From Spirochaetota bacterium (GTDB lineage Bacteria; Spirochaetota; UBA4802; UBA5550): DNA of 64,000 nucleotides. A model generated the notes under the pieces. It made no database searches. It was not told where the DNA came from and was given only the letters and a program-made list of their open reading frames with translations. Where the stretch lies: contig CAXXHB010000003.1 of assembly GCA_963664815.2 (NCBI GenBank), forward strand, positions 2,784,001 through 2,848,000. Direction: 5' to 3'. Shown here in pieces: positions 39,650 through 50,072 of this stretch (positions within the stretch are counted from its first letter, which is position 1; each line of letters begins with the position of its first letter). Position numbers and translations under genes: made by a program.

Positions 39650-41055
39650 ACCGCTGTAGCTGAAAATGTCAGGAAGCCCTCCCTGATGTTATATTTAATA
39701 TCATTTAACCAGCTCATTTCAAATTTAACATTTTCGGAAGTGAAGATAAGTCCCATCCCGGCTGCAAATATATTTTTACTTCCGCTGTCAGAATTATACA
39801 GCCCCCATTTTATACAGGACGAAATATAAATTGTTCTGTCCAATACTTCATATGCGATATTTCCTCCGCAGACATTCCTGAATGAAGCTATAGAATAATC
39901 TTCATCTCTGCATGGGAACAATCTGTCATAAACATAAAAATGTGAAAACCTCTCTTTATCTGATATATAAAGCAGGTTTCCGTTCAGCGAAAAAAACAAT
40001 CCTGAGAATAGAGGATAATTAAAAATATAACTGATTTTCAGTTTTTCAGAGAATCTTTTTTCGATAAAACTCCATCCTGAATAAAAATCAATCTCACCCG
40101 ATGTAACATCACTATAATCGATTTTATATGAACCGTTATCATAGTTAAGCTTTAATCTTAACCCGGAAAATGAAATACCGCCACTTTTACCGGGATAGTC
40201 AGTCAGTTCATCAACAGTGCCGGCGATAAAAAAGGCCATGGAGGAAGGACCATCCGTAAAACATAAACCGGTTTCCGGTGAAACTGATTTATGCCGGTAA
40301 ATCAGTTCATCATTACCGTAAAAAGAATCCTTTTTGTCATGAACATCCGCAGATAAAATAAAAAATTTATCCCCCGGGGTATTATCTGAATTAAAAAAAA
40401 GACTCCCGCTGTTTATTGTTCTGTCTTCCTGATTCAAAGATGATGCCATTGACAACCCTGCCGTTAATCCCCCATATATAAATCTGTACTTCAATTCAGG
40501 CACTATTCCGTAAACGGGGCTATTATATATCACTGTTTCTATCTCGTTATTCTTTTCAACAGCATGGGCTTCCAGAAATATATTACCATCCTCTCCGCGA
40601 TTTATTGTAATGTTTATTTTCCGCAGATTATATCTCCTCTTTAGAACAGATATATTTTCTTTCAGCTTATATTCGTTAAATAATTCACCTTTCCTGTAAA
40701 GTATATCAACTGCTTCCACCTTTCTGTCAGAAATCCCTGAAACAGTTACACCTGCAACAACCGGTTCATTAAAGAAAAGCTCAACACCTCCGTTTCTGTT
40801 CATTACGACTCTTTTTATACTGAATGCAATATAACCTTTACTGTGATACCTCTCAGTTATCAGGGCACATATTTTTCTGATGTCACTCTCCGTGAGTTTT
40901 TCACTATTTCTGCCGGTAATATCACATATATCCACGACACGGCTGCTTCCGTTGATTATTATCGACGTTGAATCATCAGCTGCTTCACTATTGTTATATA
41001 ACGCTGTAAATAACAACATTATAAGTACTATTACTGTCTTACCGTTTATCACCAA
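39640..41055 (-). CDS. Two-POTRA outer-membrane beta-barrel (Omp85/TpsB-like)
   Basis: Signal peptide; 'LTESDI..ITERYHSKGY', 'EPVVAGVTVSG..GELFN..L'; amphipathic strands ending FLTFSATAVYL. Confidence 0.72.
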   Translation of the reverse strand: MVINGKTVIVLIMLLFTALYNNSEAADDSTSIIINGSSRVVDICDITGRNSEKLTESDIRKICALITERYHSKGYIAFSIKRVVMNRNGGVELFFNEPVVAGVTVSGISDRKVEAVDILYRKGELFNEYKLKENISVLKRRYNLRKINITINRGEDGNIFLEAHAVEKNNEIETVIYNSPVYGIVPELKYRFIYGGLTAGLSMASSLNQEDRTINSGSLFFNSDNTPGDKFFILSADVHDKKDSFYGNDELIYRHKSVSPETGLCFTDGPSSMAFFIAGTVDELTDYPGKSGGISFSGLRLKLNYDNGSYKIDYSDVTSGEIDFYSGWSFIEKRFSEKLKISYIFNYPLFSGLFFSLNGNLLYISDKERFSHFYVYDRLFPCRDEDYSIASFRNVCGGNIAYEVLDRTIYISSCIKWGLYNSDSGSKNIFAAGMGLIFTSENVKFEMSWLNDIKYNIREGFLTFSATAVYL

Positions 41056-41791
41056 GAATCCGCACTTCCATTTCCGGCGTAATTTTAAATTTAAATATAT
41101 TGTTATCCAGCCTGCCGTTAACCACTATACCGCTGTACTCGGTTACAGTATGAACAATACCTCCGTACGTTCTTGCCTTGAATTCAATTCTTGACGGGAT
41201 ATAAATTCCATTAATCAGAGCATGTTCAGTATACTCTTCCTTTACAATCTCACGCCCTGACTCATCAAGTAAATATTTTCTCCTGATAGTTTTTGAAACC
41301 GGATCAATCCAGAGTATTAGTTTTACTTTACTGTTTTTTGAAGTAATGGAATATACTTCAGCCCTTTTAAAGAAAGAATAGAATATCATACCTTCAGATA
41401 TCACATCTATGTTTTTCAGAAGATCCTGTGGTATCACATTCATCATGATCGGGATTGAACCGTCATTATTTTCCTTTTTTTGTGATCTGAAGAGAATCCT
41501 GCGATCATTATAATACCAGAACAATCCCGAATCATTGACAACAACAGTCTGAATTTCCGGATGGATGTAATCAATTCTTATAAAACCTTTTGAGGCGGCG
41601 AAATAATTACCTGTAAAAACCTCCGCTGACCCGTCTTCCGCATAAATATGCTGAGTAATTGTCGCTTTAATTGTATTAACCGAAATATAGTCTTCAACAA
41701 TTTTCTTAAAATCGGTTACATCACCGTTCACCGGCTGTAATAGTCCGGTAATCAGCATTACAATTAATACTATGTAATTTTTCTTCACCAT
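41039..41791 (-). CDS. LolA-fold periplasmic carrier protein
   Basis: Signal peptide; 'TIKATITQ..G....GFIRIDYIHPEIQTVVVNDSGLFWYY', C-terminal 'FKFKITP'. Confidence 0.75.
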   Translation of the reverse strand: MVKKNYIVLIVMLITGLLQPVNGDVTDFKKIVEDYISVNTIKATITQHIYAEDGSAEVFTGNYFAASKGFIRIDYIHPEIQTVVVNDSGLFWYYNDRRILFRSQKKENNDGSIPIMMNVIPQDLLKNIDVISEGMIFYSFFKRAEVYSITSKNSKVKLILWIDPVSKTIRRKYLLDESGREIVKEEYTEHALINGIYIPSRIEFKARTYGGIVHTVTEYSGIVVNGRLDNNIFKFKITPEMEVRILGDKR

Positions 41792-42052
41792 AATTCCTTT
41801 AATAACAAAATTTATATAATTGAATACTACTAACTCCCGGCTGTAACAGTTATCATGAAGAGAAAGTTTTTATATCAGTAATATATTTCAGCAGCAATTA
41901 CTGAAATAAAATAATATTTCATGTAAATTCATAAATATATCAACCCTAAATATATTTTTCTTGAAAAATAGTACTGTTTTTCTGCATTTTGTAATTAACA
42001 GCAAAATGGCAATTGTTAAAGTGGCGCCAATATATTGAAACGGTAAATCCAA

Positions 42053-45000
42053 ATGTTACTACAAGAGATCTGCAGCAATATTATCTCTTCAAATGAATTC
42101 AAAAGTCTGGATATTAAACACTTCGAAACCCGTTCTATCGAAGGGATATCACCAGCCTCCTTTCCAATGATCATATCCTCGGTTTTTCATGCAATGAATA
42201 ACCAGACATTTGTTATAACAGAAAATGCTCAGCAGATGAACGATCTTTACCTTGATCTTTCATGTTTCATTGATGAGCAGTACCTTTTCAGATTTCCACC
42301 ATGGGAAACACTGCCATATGAATTTATGTCACCGCCTGAATCAGTTGAAAGATACAGGATTAAATCAATCTATAAAATAATCTCGGGCACACCGAATGTA
42401 ATTATCGCCACTGTCGATTCTGTTATCCGTAAACTGCCGTCAAAGAATTTCTTTATTAAAAAAGGTCTCACACTCTCAATAAACGAAGATTATCCATTCG
42501 ATGATGTCATATCAACTCTTGTGCAATACGGTTATACACGGGAAACAAGAGTCGATTCATTCGGTCAGTTTTCAGTTAAAGGGAGTATAATCGATATTCA
42601 TCTTTCTTCATTTGAGAATCCAGTTAGACTCGATTTTTTCGGAGATACCCTCGAATCAGTAAGGGAATTCAACATCGAAACACAGATCTCTGCCGGCCTT
42701 GATGTCTACAGTGATATTACAATTTACCCCAGGAGAGAGCTTGTCTTTTTCTCGAACGACAATAACTCAATCAGAAGTAAACTTAAAACAAAATTCAGTG
42801 ACAATATGGACATCCCGGATGATTTCAGGAACTGGCTTAAAAATGATGAAAACAAAGAGAGAATACCCGGCATTGAAGATTATTTTCATGAAATAACAGA
42901 TTCATCTACGATCATTGATTTTCTTGACCATGATGCTTCAATTATATTGCTGGACTGGCCCCAGCTTATTTCCAGAAAAAACAGAACATTAAAAAACTAC
43001 GATGATATTTACCTGCGAAAAAGCAGTGAGATATACTGCCCACCCCCCTCGTCTCTTTTAGACTTTGACGTACTTGAGAATACCCAGAAAAAATCTTTAT
43101 CTCTTCAGACTTATACGGCAAGTGCCGGTGCCTTCAACTGGAATATGAAAAGTATAAAAAATTTTCAGGGAAGGATTAAATCTGTCCGGGAAGAAATGGA
43201 GGAAAAAATCTCCGCCGGATGGACTATAATACTTACCACATCATTCGAAGGTCAGGCCAGAAGACTAAGCGATCTGTTTTCAGAACTGAAACCGGACAGT
43301 AATTTCGAACATTACAATCCAGATTCACCGGTTAACATAGTAATTACACCCTTAAGCGCCGGAGTTGAACTAGGAGAATCAAAAATTCTTATCATAACAG
43401 ACCATGAAATATTCGGCAAGAGTTACCGCAAAAGAAAACATTTTAAAAGCAAAACATCCCGTCCTATTGAAACATTCCTCGACCTCAAGCCCGGTGATTA
43501 TGTTGTACATATAAACCACGGAATCGGCATTTTTAAAAGTATAGAGAGAATGGCTGCCGGCGGAGTGGAACGGGATTTTATCCTCATCGATTATGCCGAT
43601 GAAGACAAACTCTATGTCTCTCTTGACCAGATAAACCTTGTCCAGAAATATATAGGCACCGAAGGTAAAAAACCGCGTATTGATGCCCTTGGAAAAAAAT
43701 CCGCATGGAACAGGATAAAACAGAGAGTAAAAGGTTCTGTGGAGGAAATTGCCCGGGAACTGATTAAAATCTATTCCAGACGGAGCGCTCTCCAGGGTTT
43801 CAGGTATCCGCCGGACACTCAATGGCAGGAGGAGTTTGAGTCTCTCTTTGAATACGAAGAGACACCCGACCAGCTGACGGCTATTGAGGATGTAAAGGAT
43901 GACATGGAAAAAGATAAACCTATGGACAGGCTTGTTTGCGGTGATGTAGGTTTCGGTAAAACAGAGGTTGCCATAAGAGCATCATTCAAAGCTGTGATGG
44001 CCGGCAAACAGGTTGCCATACTTGTACCGACAACAATTCTTGCGATGCAGCATTACGAAACATTTAAAAAAAGATTCAACGGCTACCCGATTGCAATTGA
44101 CATGGTCTCGCGTTTCAGGACAAAAGGCGAAATAATAAAAATAAAAAGCAAACTCGCTGACGCCTCAATAGACATTATAATAGGTACTCACGCTCTGCTT
44201 TCAGCAGACATAAATATTAAAAATCTCGGACTGCTTATCATTGATGAAGAACAGCGTTTTGGTGTCAAGCACAAGGAACAGCTTAAAAAATTCAGGACTA
44301 TAGTCGATGTTCTCACACTCTCTGCAACTCCAATTCCAAGAACTCTTCATATTTCGATGGCCGGTATCAGAGATTTAACTGTAATTGCCACTCCACCTGA
44401 AAACCGCCAGGCAATTGAAACATATGTAATAGAGGAGAATCCCGATATACTGAGAGAAGCCATTCTGAATGAAATCGGAAGGGGCGGGCAGGTATTCTAT
44501 GTGTATAACAGGGTGCAGACCATTGAAACACAGATGATCATTCTGAAAAAGCTTGTACCTGAAGCATCCTTCTGTGTTGCTCACGGACAGATGCATGAGC
44601 ATGAGCTTGAAGATATAATGATAGATTTTATGAACAGAAAATACGATGTTCTCATAAGTACAACCATTATAGAATCAGGGCTGGATATAACTAACGTAAA
44701 CACAATCATTATCAACAGGGCTGACACATTCGGTCTGTCGCAGCTATACCAGCTCAAGGGGAGAGTCGGACGATCCACGAGGCAGGCATATGCTTATCTT
44801 TTTTATCCCAGGCACACCTCCATTACAGAAGAAGCTCAGAAACGTCTGCAGGTCATTGCCGAGTATTCCGAACTGGGCAGCGGATTTAAAATAGCCATGA
44901 AGGATCTCGAAATAAGAGGTGCAGGAAATATTCTCGGCCATGAACAGTCGGGCAGTATAATGGATGTAGGTTTTGAACTCTATTGCCAGATGCTTGAAGA

Positions 45001-45478
45001 TGAAGTTAAGATGTTAAAGGGTGAGGAAATAAGGGAATATTTCAGAACATCTCTTTTTATAAAAACCGACTTTTTTATACCTGATTCGTATATGAATGAT
45101 GATAAACAGAAAATTGAGTTCTACAAGAGATTTGAATCATGCGAGTCAGTGGAGGAGGTAGATATGCTTGAAACAGAGCTCATCGACAGATTCGGCCCCC
45201 CTCCGCCGGAGGTAAATACTCTGGTTGAACTTGAGCGTATAAGAGCAATTGCCTCAACACTGAAAATCAGTGAAATTCTTGAAGAGAATAACAGAATAAA
45301 GATACGTATATCCGCTTTCTGCACAGTTCAGGGTGAAAAACTCGCATCAGTTATTTCAAAAGATAAGAGATTGTCTCTTGATCCGAAAGATCCTGAACTG
45401 CTTATTTTCAGGTATACGGAGCCGGCTGCTGAAAAAAAATTATCCGAATTAAAAAAATGGTTGCAACAATTAATGTAA
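42053..45478 (+). CDS. mfd: Transcription-repair coupling factor
   Basis: CarD-like '[12 protein letters not shown]', [28 protein letters not shown]-terminus. Confidence 0.98.
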   Translation: MLLQEICSNIISSNEFKSLDIKHFETRSIEGISPASFPMIISSVFHAMNNQTFVITENAQQMNDLYLDLSCFIDEQYLFRFPPWETLPYEFMSPPESVERYRIKSIYKIISGTPNVIIATVDSVIRKLPSKNFFIKKGLTLSINEDYPFDDVISTLVQYGYTRETRVDSFGQFSVKGSIIDIHLSSFENPVRLDFFGDTLESVREFNIETQISAGLDVYSDITIYPRRELVFFSNDNNSIRSKLKTKFSDNMDIPDDFRNWLKNDENKERIPGIEDYFHEITDSSTIIDFLDHDASIILLDWPQLISRKNRTLKNYDDIYLRKSSEIYCPPPSSLLDFDVLENTQKKSLSLQTYTASAGAFNWNMKSIKNFQGRIKSVREEMEEKISAGWTIILTTSFEGQARRLSDLFSELKPDSNFEHYNPDSPVNIVITPLSAGVELGESKILIITDHEIFGKSYRKRKHFKSKTSRPIETFLDLKPGDYVVHINHGIGIFKSIERMAAGGVERDFILIDYADEDKLYVSLDQINLVQKYIGTEGKKPRIDALGKKSAWNRIKQRVKGSVEEIARELIKIYSRRSALQGFRYPPDTQWQEEFESLFEYEETPDQLTAIEDVKDDMEKDKPMDRLVCGDVGFGKTEVAIRASFKAVMAGKQVAILVPTTILAMQHYETFKKRFNGYPIAIDMVSRFRTKGEIIKIKSKLADASIDIIIGTHALLSADINIKNLGLLIIDEEQRFGVKHKEQLKKFRTIVDVLTLSATPIPRTLHISMAGIRDLTVIATPPENRQAIETYVIEENPDILREAILNEIGRGGQVFYVYNRVQTIETQMIILKKLVPEASFCVAHGQMHEHELEDIMIDFMNRKYDVLISTTIIESGLDITNVNTIIINRADTFGLSQLYQLKGRVGRSTRQAYAYLFYPRHTSITEEAQKRLQVIAEYSELGSGFKIAMKDLEIRGAGNILGHEQSGSIMDVGFELYCQMLEDEVKMLKGEEIREYFRTSLFIKTDFFIPDSYMNDDKQKIEFYKRFESCESVEEVDMLETELIDRFGPPPPEVNTLVELERIRAIASTLKISEILEENNRIKIRISAFCTVQGEKLASVISKDKRLSLDPKDPELLIFRYTEPAAEKKLSELKKWLQQLM

Positions 45479-45546
45479 CTAAATTGATATTTAACTACAA
45501 ACTTACCAGAACTTCAAGAAAATTATATTAAACATAAGGAAGAAAT

Positions 45547-46185
45547 ATGAAAATCAAACATTTATTAGCAATTAGCATTATTGTTATGCTTGTGATTCCA
45601 CAAATATCGTGTAAAAAAGATTGGGCAGCAAAAGTTGATAATGAAACAATTTCCATGGATGAGTTTAACAAGTTCTATTATCTCCAGAGTAAAATGATGA
45701 CCAATGTTGAGACCAATGAAGAGGTTGATAAACTTGCCGAAAATCCGACATATGCCAACCACCCACTTCTGAGTAAAGCAGGTTTCCTCGAACATCTGAT
45801 AGCACAAAAGCTTCTTTATAAAAAAGCAATGAACGATAAAAATATAGATAAAGATGAACTTGATACCATTATTGAAATGATAAAAATTCAGACAGTCGCA
45901 CAATACTATCTCGGTAAAAAGCTGAAAGACCGAATTACAGTTTCCGATGAAGAAGTGAATGCTGTGTATAATGAGAACAAGGCTAAATTCACGGGAAAAA
46001 CAGCAGATGAAGCAACTGCTTATATAAAACAGCAGATTTTCTCACAGAAATCCAGACAGGAAACCAATAGATACGTTATGGATCTTATAGCAGAAAGCAA
46101 GGTTGACAAAGATGGATTTAAAAAATATCAGGAAAGTAAGAAAAATACCACCCCTTCAGGCGTAAAAACAGAAGATAAAAAGTAA
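45547..46185 (+). CDS. LipL31-like / SurA-N-like lipoprotein
   Basis: QISC lipobox; 'WAAKVDNETISMDEF', 'ITVSDEEV..VYNENK'; follows mfd as lipL31 does in Leptospira (recalled). Confidence 0.7.
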   Translation: MKIKHLLAISIIVMLVIPQISCKKDWAAKVDNETISMDEFNKFYYLQSKMMTNVETNEEVDKLAENPTYANHPLLSKAGFLEHLIAQKLLYKKAMNDKNIDKDELDTIIEMIKIQTVAQYYLGKKLKDRITVSDEEVNAVYNENKAKFTGKTADEATAYIKQQIFSQKSRQETNRYVMDLIAESKVDKDGFKKYQESKKNTTPSGVKTEDKK

Positions 46186-46209
46186 TTACTATTAATTATT
46201 TATAAAATA

Positions 46210-46248
46210 AAAAATTAAAACCCCGCCATATGCGGGGTTTTAATTTTT
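46210..46248 (+). terminator. Intrinsic terminator
   Basis: 17-bp IR AAAAATTAAAACCCCGC/GCGGGGTTTTAATTTTT. Confidence 0.85.
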
Positions 46249-46368
46249 GTAAAATCTTACTTTACAAATATATAAATATATTTTATAATATAAAAAAATT
46301 TAATATTGACTAATAGATTGTTTTATTACTATTATTATAACTCTAAATATTTTAATTGAGGTATCAAA

Positions 46369-46938
46369 ATGACAAAGGTAAGTTATCTAAATAAAATAGT
46401 CATTTTTATTTTCATTTCCATTTTTTTTATTTCATGCAGTTCAAAAAAGAATCTGGTTTATTCAACAAATAAACTCTCAACAAATGCAAAAATTGCAGTA
46501 ATTATTGATTCAGAAAACAATTTAAAAAATGCCGTGCTCATTACGTTCCTCAAGCAGGGATTCAAGGTTAAGGCAGTTAATGCCGCCGATCTATATACTA
46601 TGAAAGATGTTTATGATATTGCAGATTTAAAAAGACTTTCATATAATATTGCAGAAGATAATGTTTCAACTGTCCAGAAGACTTACGATAATATATATAA
46701 ACTTCATGTTTATAATTTTGAACTCAGCAAGGCTGAATATCTAAAACAGATAAAAACAGAATGGGATGTTGAATATATTGTTCTTCTGGATCTGAAAAAC
46801 TGGGAAAAAGTAAGCTGGGCAAGAGTAATTAACCTGAAGAATTTTGAGTTGGACTTTATTGAAAATTATCCTACTGCCTATAATGATAATATCGAAACAA
46901 TTACAAATCATTTTATTAAAAACATAACAGGGAAATAA
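46369..46938 (+). CDS. Hypothetical lipoprotein
   Basis: FISC lipobox; GAGG RBS. Confidence 0.75.
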   Translation: MTKVSYLNKIVIFIFISIFFISCSSKKNLVYSTNKLSTNAKIAVIIDSENNLKNAVLITFLKQGFKVKAVNAADLYTMKDVYDIADLKRLSYNIAEDNVSTVQKTYDNIYKLHVYNFELSKAEYLKQIKTEWDVEYIVLLDLKNWEKVSWARVINLKNFELDFIENYPTAYNDNIETITNHFIKNITGK

Positions 46939-46943
46939 TAAAA

Positions 46944-47984
46944 TTGAATTGTAAACCTATATATATACTGGCCCTTACTCTCGCCTTAACTTTTATAAAT
47001 GTTAGCGCCAGAGCCTCTGATACTCTGGCCTTCGGTTTTTTTACAAATGAGTCAAAGAATGACAGCTTTGATTATCTTGAAAAAATATTGCCGAATTCAT
47101 TTGCCAGTGCTCTTAAAAATAAATATAACTTCAAGGTTTTAAAACCTGGCCAGATTAAGGTACTTGAACCTGAAAAAAACAGCCCATTAAAAAAAGAAAT
47201 TCTGGAGGATGAGCTTCCTGTTACAACTGAAGATATTAATGCAGATTATTTTATATATGGTTCATTTAAACCTCTTGATAATAACAAAATTCAACTTAAC
47301 GTAACAGTTTATAAAATCGGTACAACTGATGTTTTCCGCTTTGAGGATTCAGGTTATCTTGAAACTGAATTTTTTAAATTTGTTGATAAAATAGCATCTC
47401 AGATTAAATATATAGCTAATGATTCAATGATATATAAAAACGAAAGAATATCTTCCAAATCCAAGCTTGCTATATTTACAAATCTTGAAGGTGCGGAACT
47501 TAATACTTTATATTATGAATTTCTTAACAGCGGTTATAAACTGTCCTCTACTCAGGGAAATGAACTTTATGGATTAATGGACCATGAACAGATAATGAAA
47601 TTTTATCATTTCAGCGGCTCCAATGCGTCTTACCACATAATCAGCAACAGAAAAGATGTTAAGTTATTGCATGGTACCTGGTCTGGAGTCGGGTATTACA
47701 GAAAGATTATTGAAGAGAAAGATACGTATGAAAAATATTCTTTCAACTACCTGAAGACAATAAATGAACAACTAAAACTTTTAAAGGCATTTAATTCCGA
47801 TGCCATTGATTATATTTTAATAATCGGTTTTGATGAAGATAAATCCAATGCTTGGATAAGATGTCTCAGTATAAAAGATAATAAACTGATAGTTGCTGAA
47901 TCTGAAATTGAGGGTTCATCAATAGATGAAATTGCAAAAAAGGTAATAAAGAGTGTTACAACTGGACTTCCGGATAAATTATAA
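46944..47984 (+). CDS. Exported hypothetical protein (CsgG/TolB-N-like segments)
   Basis: Signal peptide; 'LAFGFFTNES....DYL', 'ADYFIYGSF'. Confidence 0.65.
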   Translation: MNCKPIYILALTLALTFINVSARASDTLAFGFFTNESKNDSFDYLEKILPNSFASALKNKYNFKVLKPGQIKVLEPEKNSPLKKEILEDELPVTTEDINADYFIYGSFKPLDNNKIQLNVTVYKIGTTDVFRFEDSGYLETEFFKFVDKIASQIKYIANDSMIYKNERISSKSKLAIFTNLEGAELNTLYYEFLNSGYKLSSTQGNELYGLMDHEQIMKFYHFSGSNASYHIISNRKDVKLLHGTWSGVGYYRKIIEEKDTYEKYSFNYLKTINEQLKLLKAFNSDAIDYILIIGFDEDKSNAWIRCLSIKDNKLIVAESEIEGSSIDEIAKKVIKSVTTGLPDKL

Positions 47985-47988
47985 TATC

Positions 47989-48693
47989 TCATCTGTTCCT
48001 TAAAATAGTTTCCGCTTCTTTAAACAATCCTGTTTTCCTGTATGCATCAATGATTGATTTTTTATATGACTGATTAAATCTATCTGCTTCAAAAGCCGCT
48101 TTAAAATAGTTGATAGCCTCTGTCGGTTTTCCTTTTTTATCAAGATTCAAACCTATGTAATAGGATAGCTCCGGCAGCATAAATGTATTCTTATTGGCAT
48201 ATATTAATGCCTTATAGGATTCCTCATATCTCCCTTTTTTATATAAAGCCACTCCATAATAAAAAGATGTATTAACATTCTTGAGCATTATTTTTCTGTC
48301 ATAAAAATTCAGTAAATCAACATAGTTGCCCTTATCATAAAGGCTCTTAATGATCTCTTCGAGAGTCCGGTTTTCCTCAATAGATTTATCTGATATATCT
48401 GAAATCATTTCAGCACTTTGAAGGACATTTCCTAATTCCAGATAGTTAAATGCCGCGATTTTTTTTAACTCGTCATTTTCAGGATAGATATATAATAGCG
48501 GATTTAAAAAATTTTCCAGCTTTCTATATTGTTTTTTATCATACATGTCAGCTGCTTTAATCAGCAATTGATTTTCATTATACATTTTATTATAATAGAT
48601 CTTCAAATAGTAAAAATATATACGTCCACTATATTTATATGATACAAATATAGTAGACGAAAAAAGAAATAATATCAATATAAACTTTTTCAT
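47989..48693 (-). CDS. Membrane-anchored TPR protein
   Basis: 'YYGVALYKKGRYEES', 'YYIGLNLDKKGK..EA..YF'. Confidence 0.8.
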   Translation of the reverse strand: MKKFILILFLFSSTIFVSYKYSGRIYFYYLKIYYNKMYNENQLLIKAADMYDKKQYRKLENFLNPLLYIYPENDELKKIAAFNYLELGNVLQSAEMISDISDKSIEENRTLEEIIKSLYDKGNYVDLLNFYDRKIMLKNVNTSFYYGVALYKKGRYEESYKALIYANKNTFMLPELSYYIGLNLDKKGKPTEAINYFKAAFEADRFNQSYKKSIIDAYRKTGLFKEAETILRNR

Positions 48694-48877
48694 TTTAATA
48701 ATACCTCAGATATTTTATCCAATTACTTAATATTCTTATATTCACAGAAGCATTAAAGTATCTGAAAATTTATTTAATTCTTGAAATAAATCAATATAAA
48801 AAATATTTTAACAGAAAAGGAAAAATTTTTTACTAATTTGCGTTTCTATACGTATTTAGTAACAGGGATATATAAAG

Positions 48878-49483
48878 ATGAAGAAAAAGTTTTTTTTAAC
48901 CACAATATTCTTTATGGTTTTGTTTGATTATTCATTTGCAATAACAGGTGATGAAGCGTTATCAAGTTTCAGGAACAGAATGGGCAGTATCGGCAAATTG
49001 ACAGGAATTATTTCATGGTCTTATTCTACAGGTGAAACATATACGGGCAGTTTTAAGTTTATGAGTCCCGGAAAAATTTATATAAAATTCAGCAATCCTT
49101 CAGGTAAAATAATTGTATCGAATGGAAGAAGTTTATGGGTTTATTCTCCCGGAAGTAATATATGTGGAGTCCAGGATCTTGGTGGAGGAGGTTCAGGTGG
49201 GATTGCTGCATTAACAACCGGTTATTTGGCCATTGTAACTGCACAGGGACCCGGAGGGTACACGATAAAACTTAAAAGTAATGAAAAGTCTTTTTCAGAA
49301 ATAACACTTATTGTTGATTCAACATTTTTCTTAAAAAAAGCAATAATAAAATCAAAAAATGGTGAATCATACAACTTTTCTATTTCAAATATCAACGCAA
49401 ACGCATCAGTAATACCAAGTATCTTTGATTTTAATGCTCCTTCAAATGCTCAGGTTGTAAAAAATCCGCTGAATATAAAATGA
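48878..49483 (+). CDS. lolA: LolA-family lipoprotein carrier
   Basis: 'G.F.FMSPGKIYIKFSNPSGKIIVSNGRSLWVYSP', 'FDFNAPSNAQVV'. Confidence 0.78.
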   Translation: MKKKFFLTTIFFMVLFDYSFAITGDEALSSFRNRMGSIGKLTGIISWSYSTGETYTGSFKFMSPGKIYIKFSNPSGKIIVSNGRSLWVYSPGSNICGVQDLGGGGSGGIAALTTGYLAIVTAQGPGGYTIKLKSNEKSFSEITLIVDSTFFLKKAIIKSKNGESYNFSISNINANASVIPSIFDFNAPSNAQVVKNPLNIK

Positions 49484-49493
49484 GGATAAATAT

Positions 49494-50072
49494 TTGAATA
49501 AATCAGGGATTATAATATCATTGTTAATACTTATTCTTTTTCCGGTTTTTGTAAGTGCTCAGGATGTAAAAGATGATGAAACCATGAATTATACTTACCT
49601 TGGACCGTCTCTCTCCTTTGCATACAATAAAGCAGAATATGATGACTGGATCGACAATTCAACAAAAACAAAAAAAATGACAGGGTATTCTTTCGCAGGT
49701 GGATTAGCTCTTAATATTTTCGCCGATCCACTGTGTGGTGACTTTCAGTTAAAATACACATACAACAAACTGGACTATACACTGACATTCCTGGAAATCG
49801 ATGTTACAGGTAAATATTTATATCCATTAAATAATTCTTTTTCTGTTGGAGCCGGCCTTGGTTTGTATTTCGAAACTCCACCATCAAACCGCTCACACAA
49901 TGGCAGTGCCGGTTTGCAGTTTCCTCTGACTCTTCTTCATAACATATCTCAAAATACAAAAATTTACATGGATTTATATTATAAATACGGCAGTTTTGGT
50001 ATAGGTGAAAATACTGAATCCATGTCTGCAGGAATTAATGTCGGTCTCATCTTTAAAGTCGGAAGGATATAG
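49494..50072 (+). CDS. Small outer-membrane beta-barrel protein
   Basis: Signal peptide; ~8 amphipathic strands ending AGINVGLIFK. Confidence 0.65.
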   Translation: MNKSGIIISLLILILFPVFVSAQDVKDDETMNYTYLGPSLSFAYNKAEYDDWIDNSTKTKKMTGYSFAGGLALNIFADPLCGDFQLKYTYNKLDYTLTFLEIDVTGKYLYPLNNSFSVGAGLGLYFETPPSNRSHNGSAGLQFPLTLLHNISQNTKIYMDLYYKYGSFGIGENTESMSAGINVGLIFKVGRI

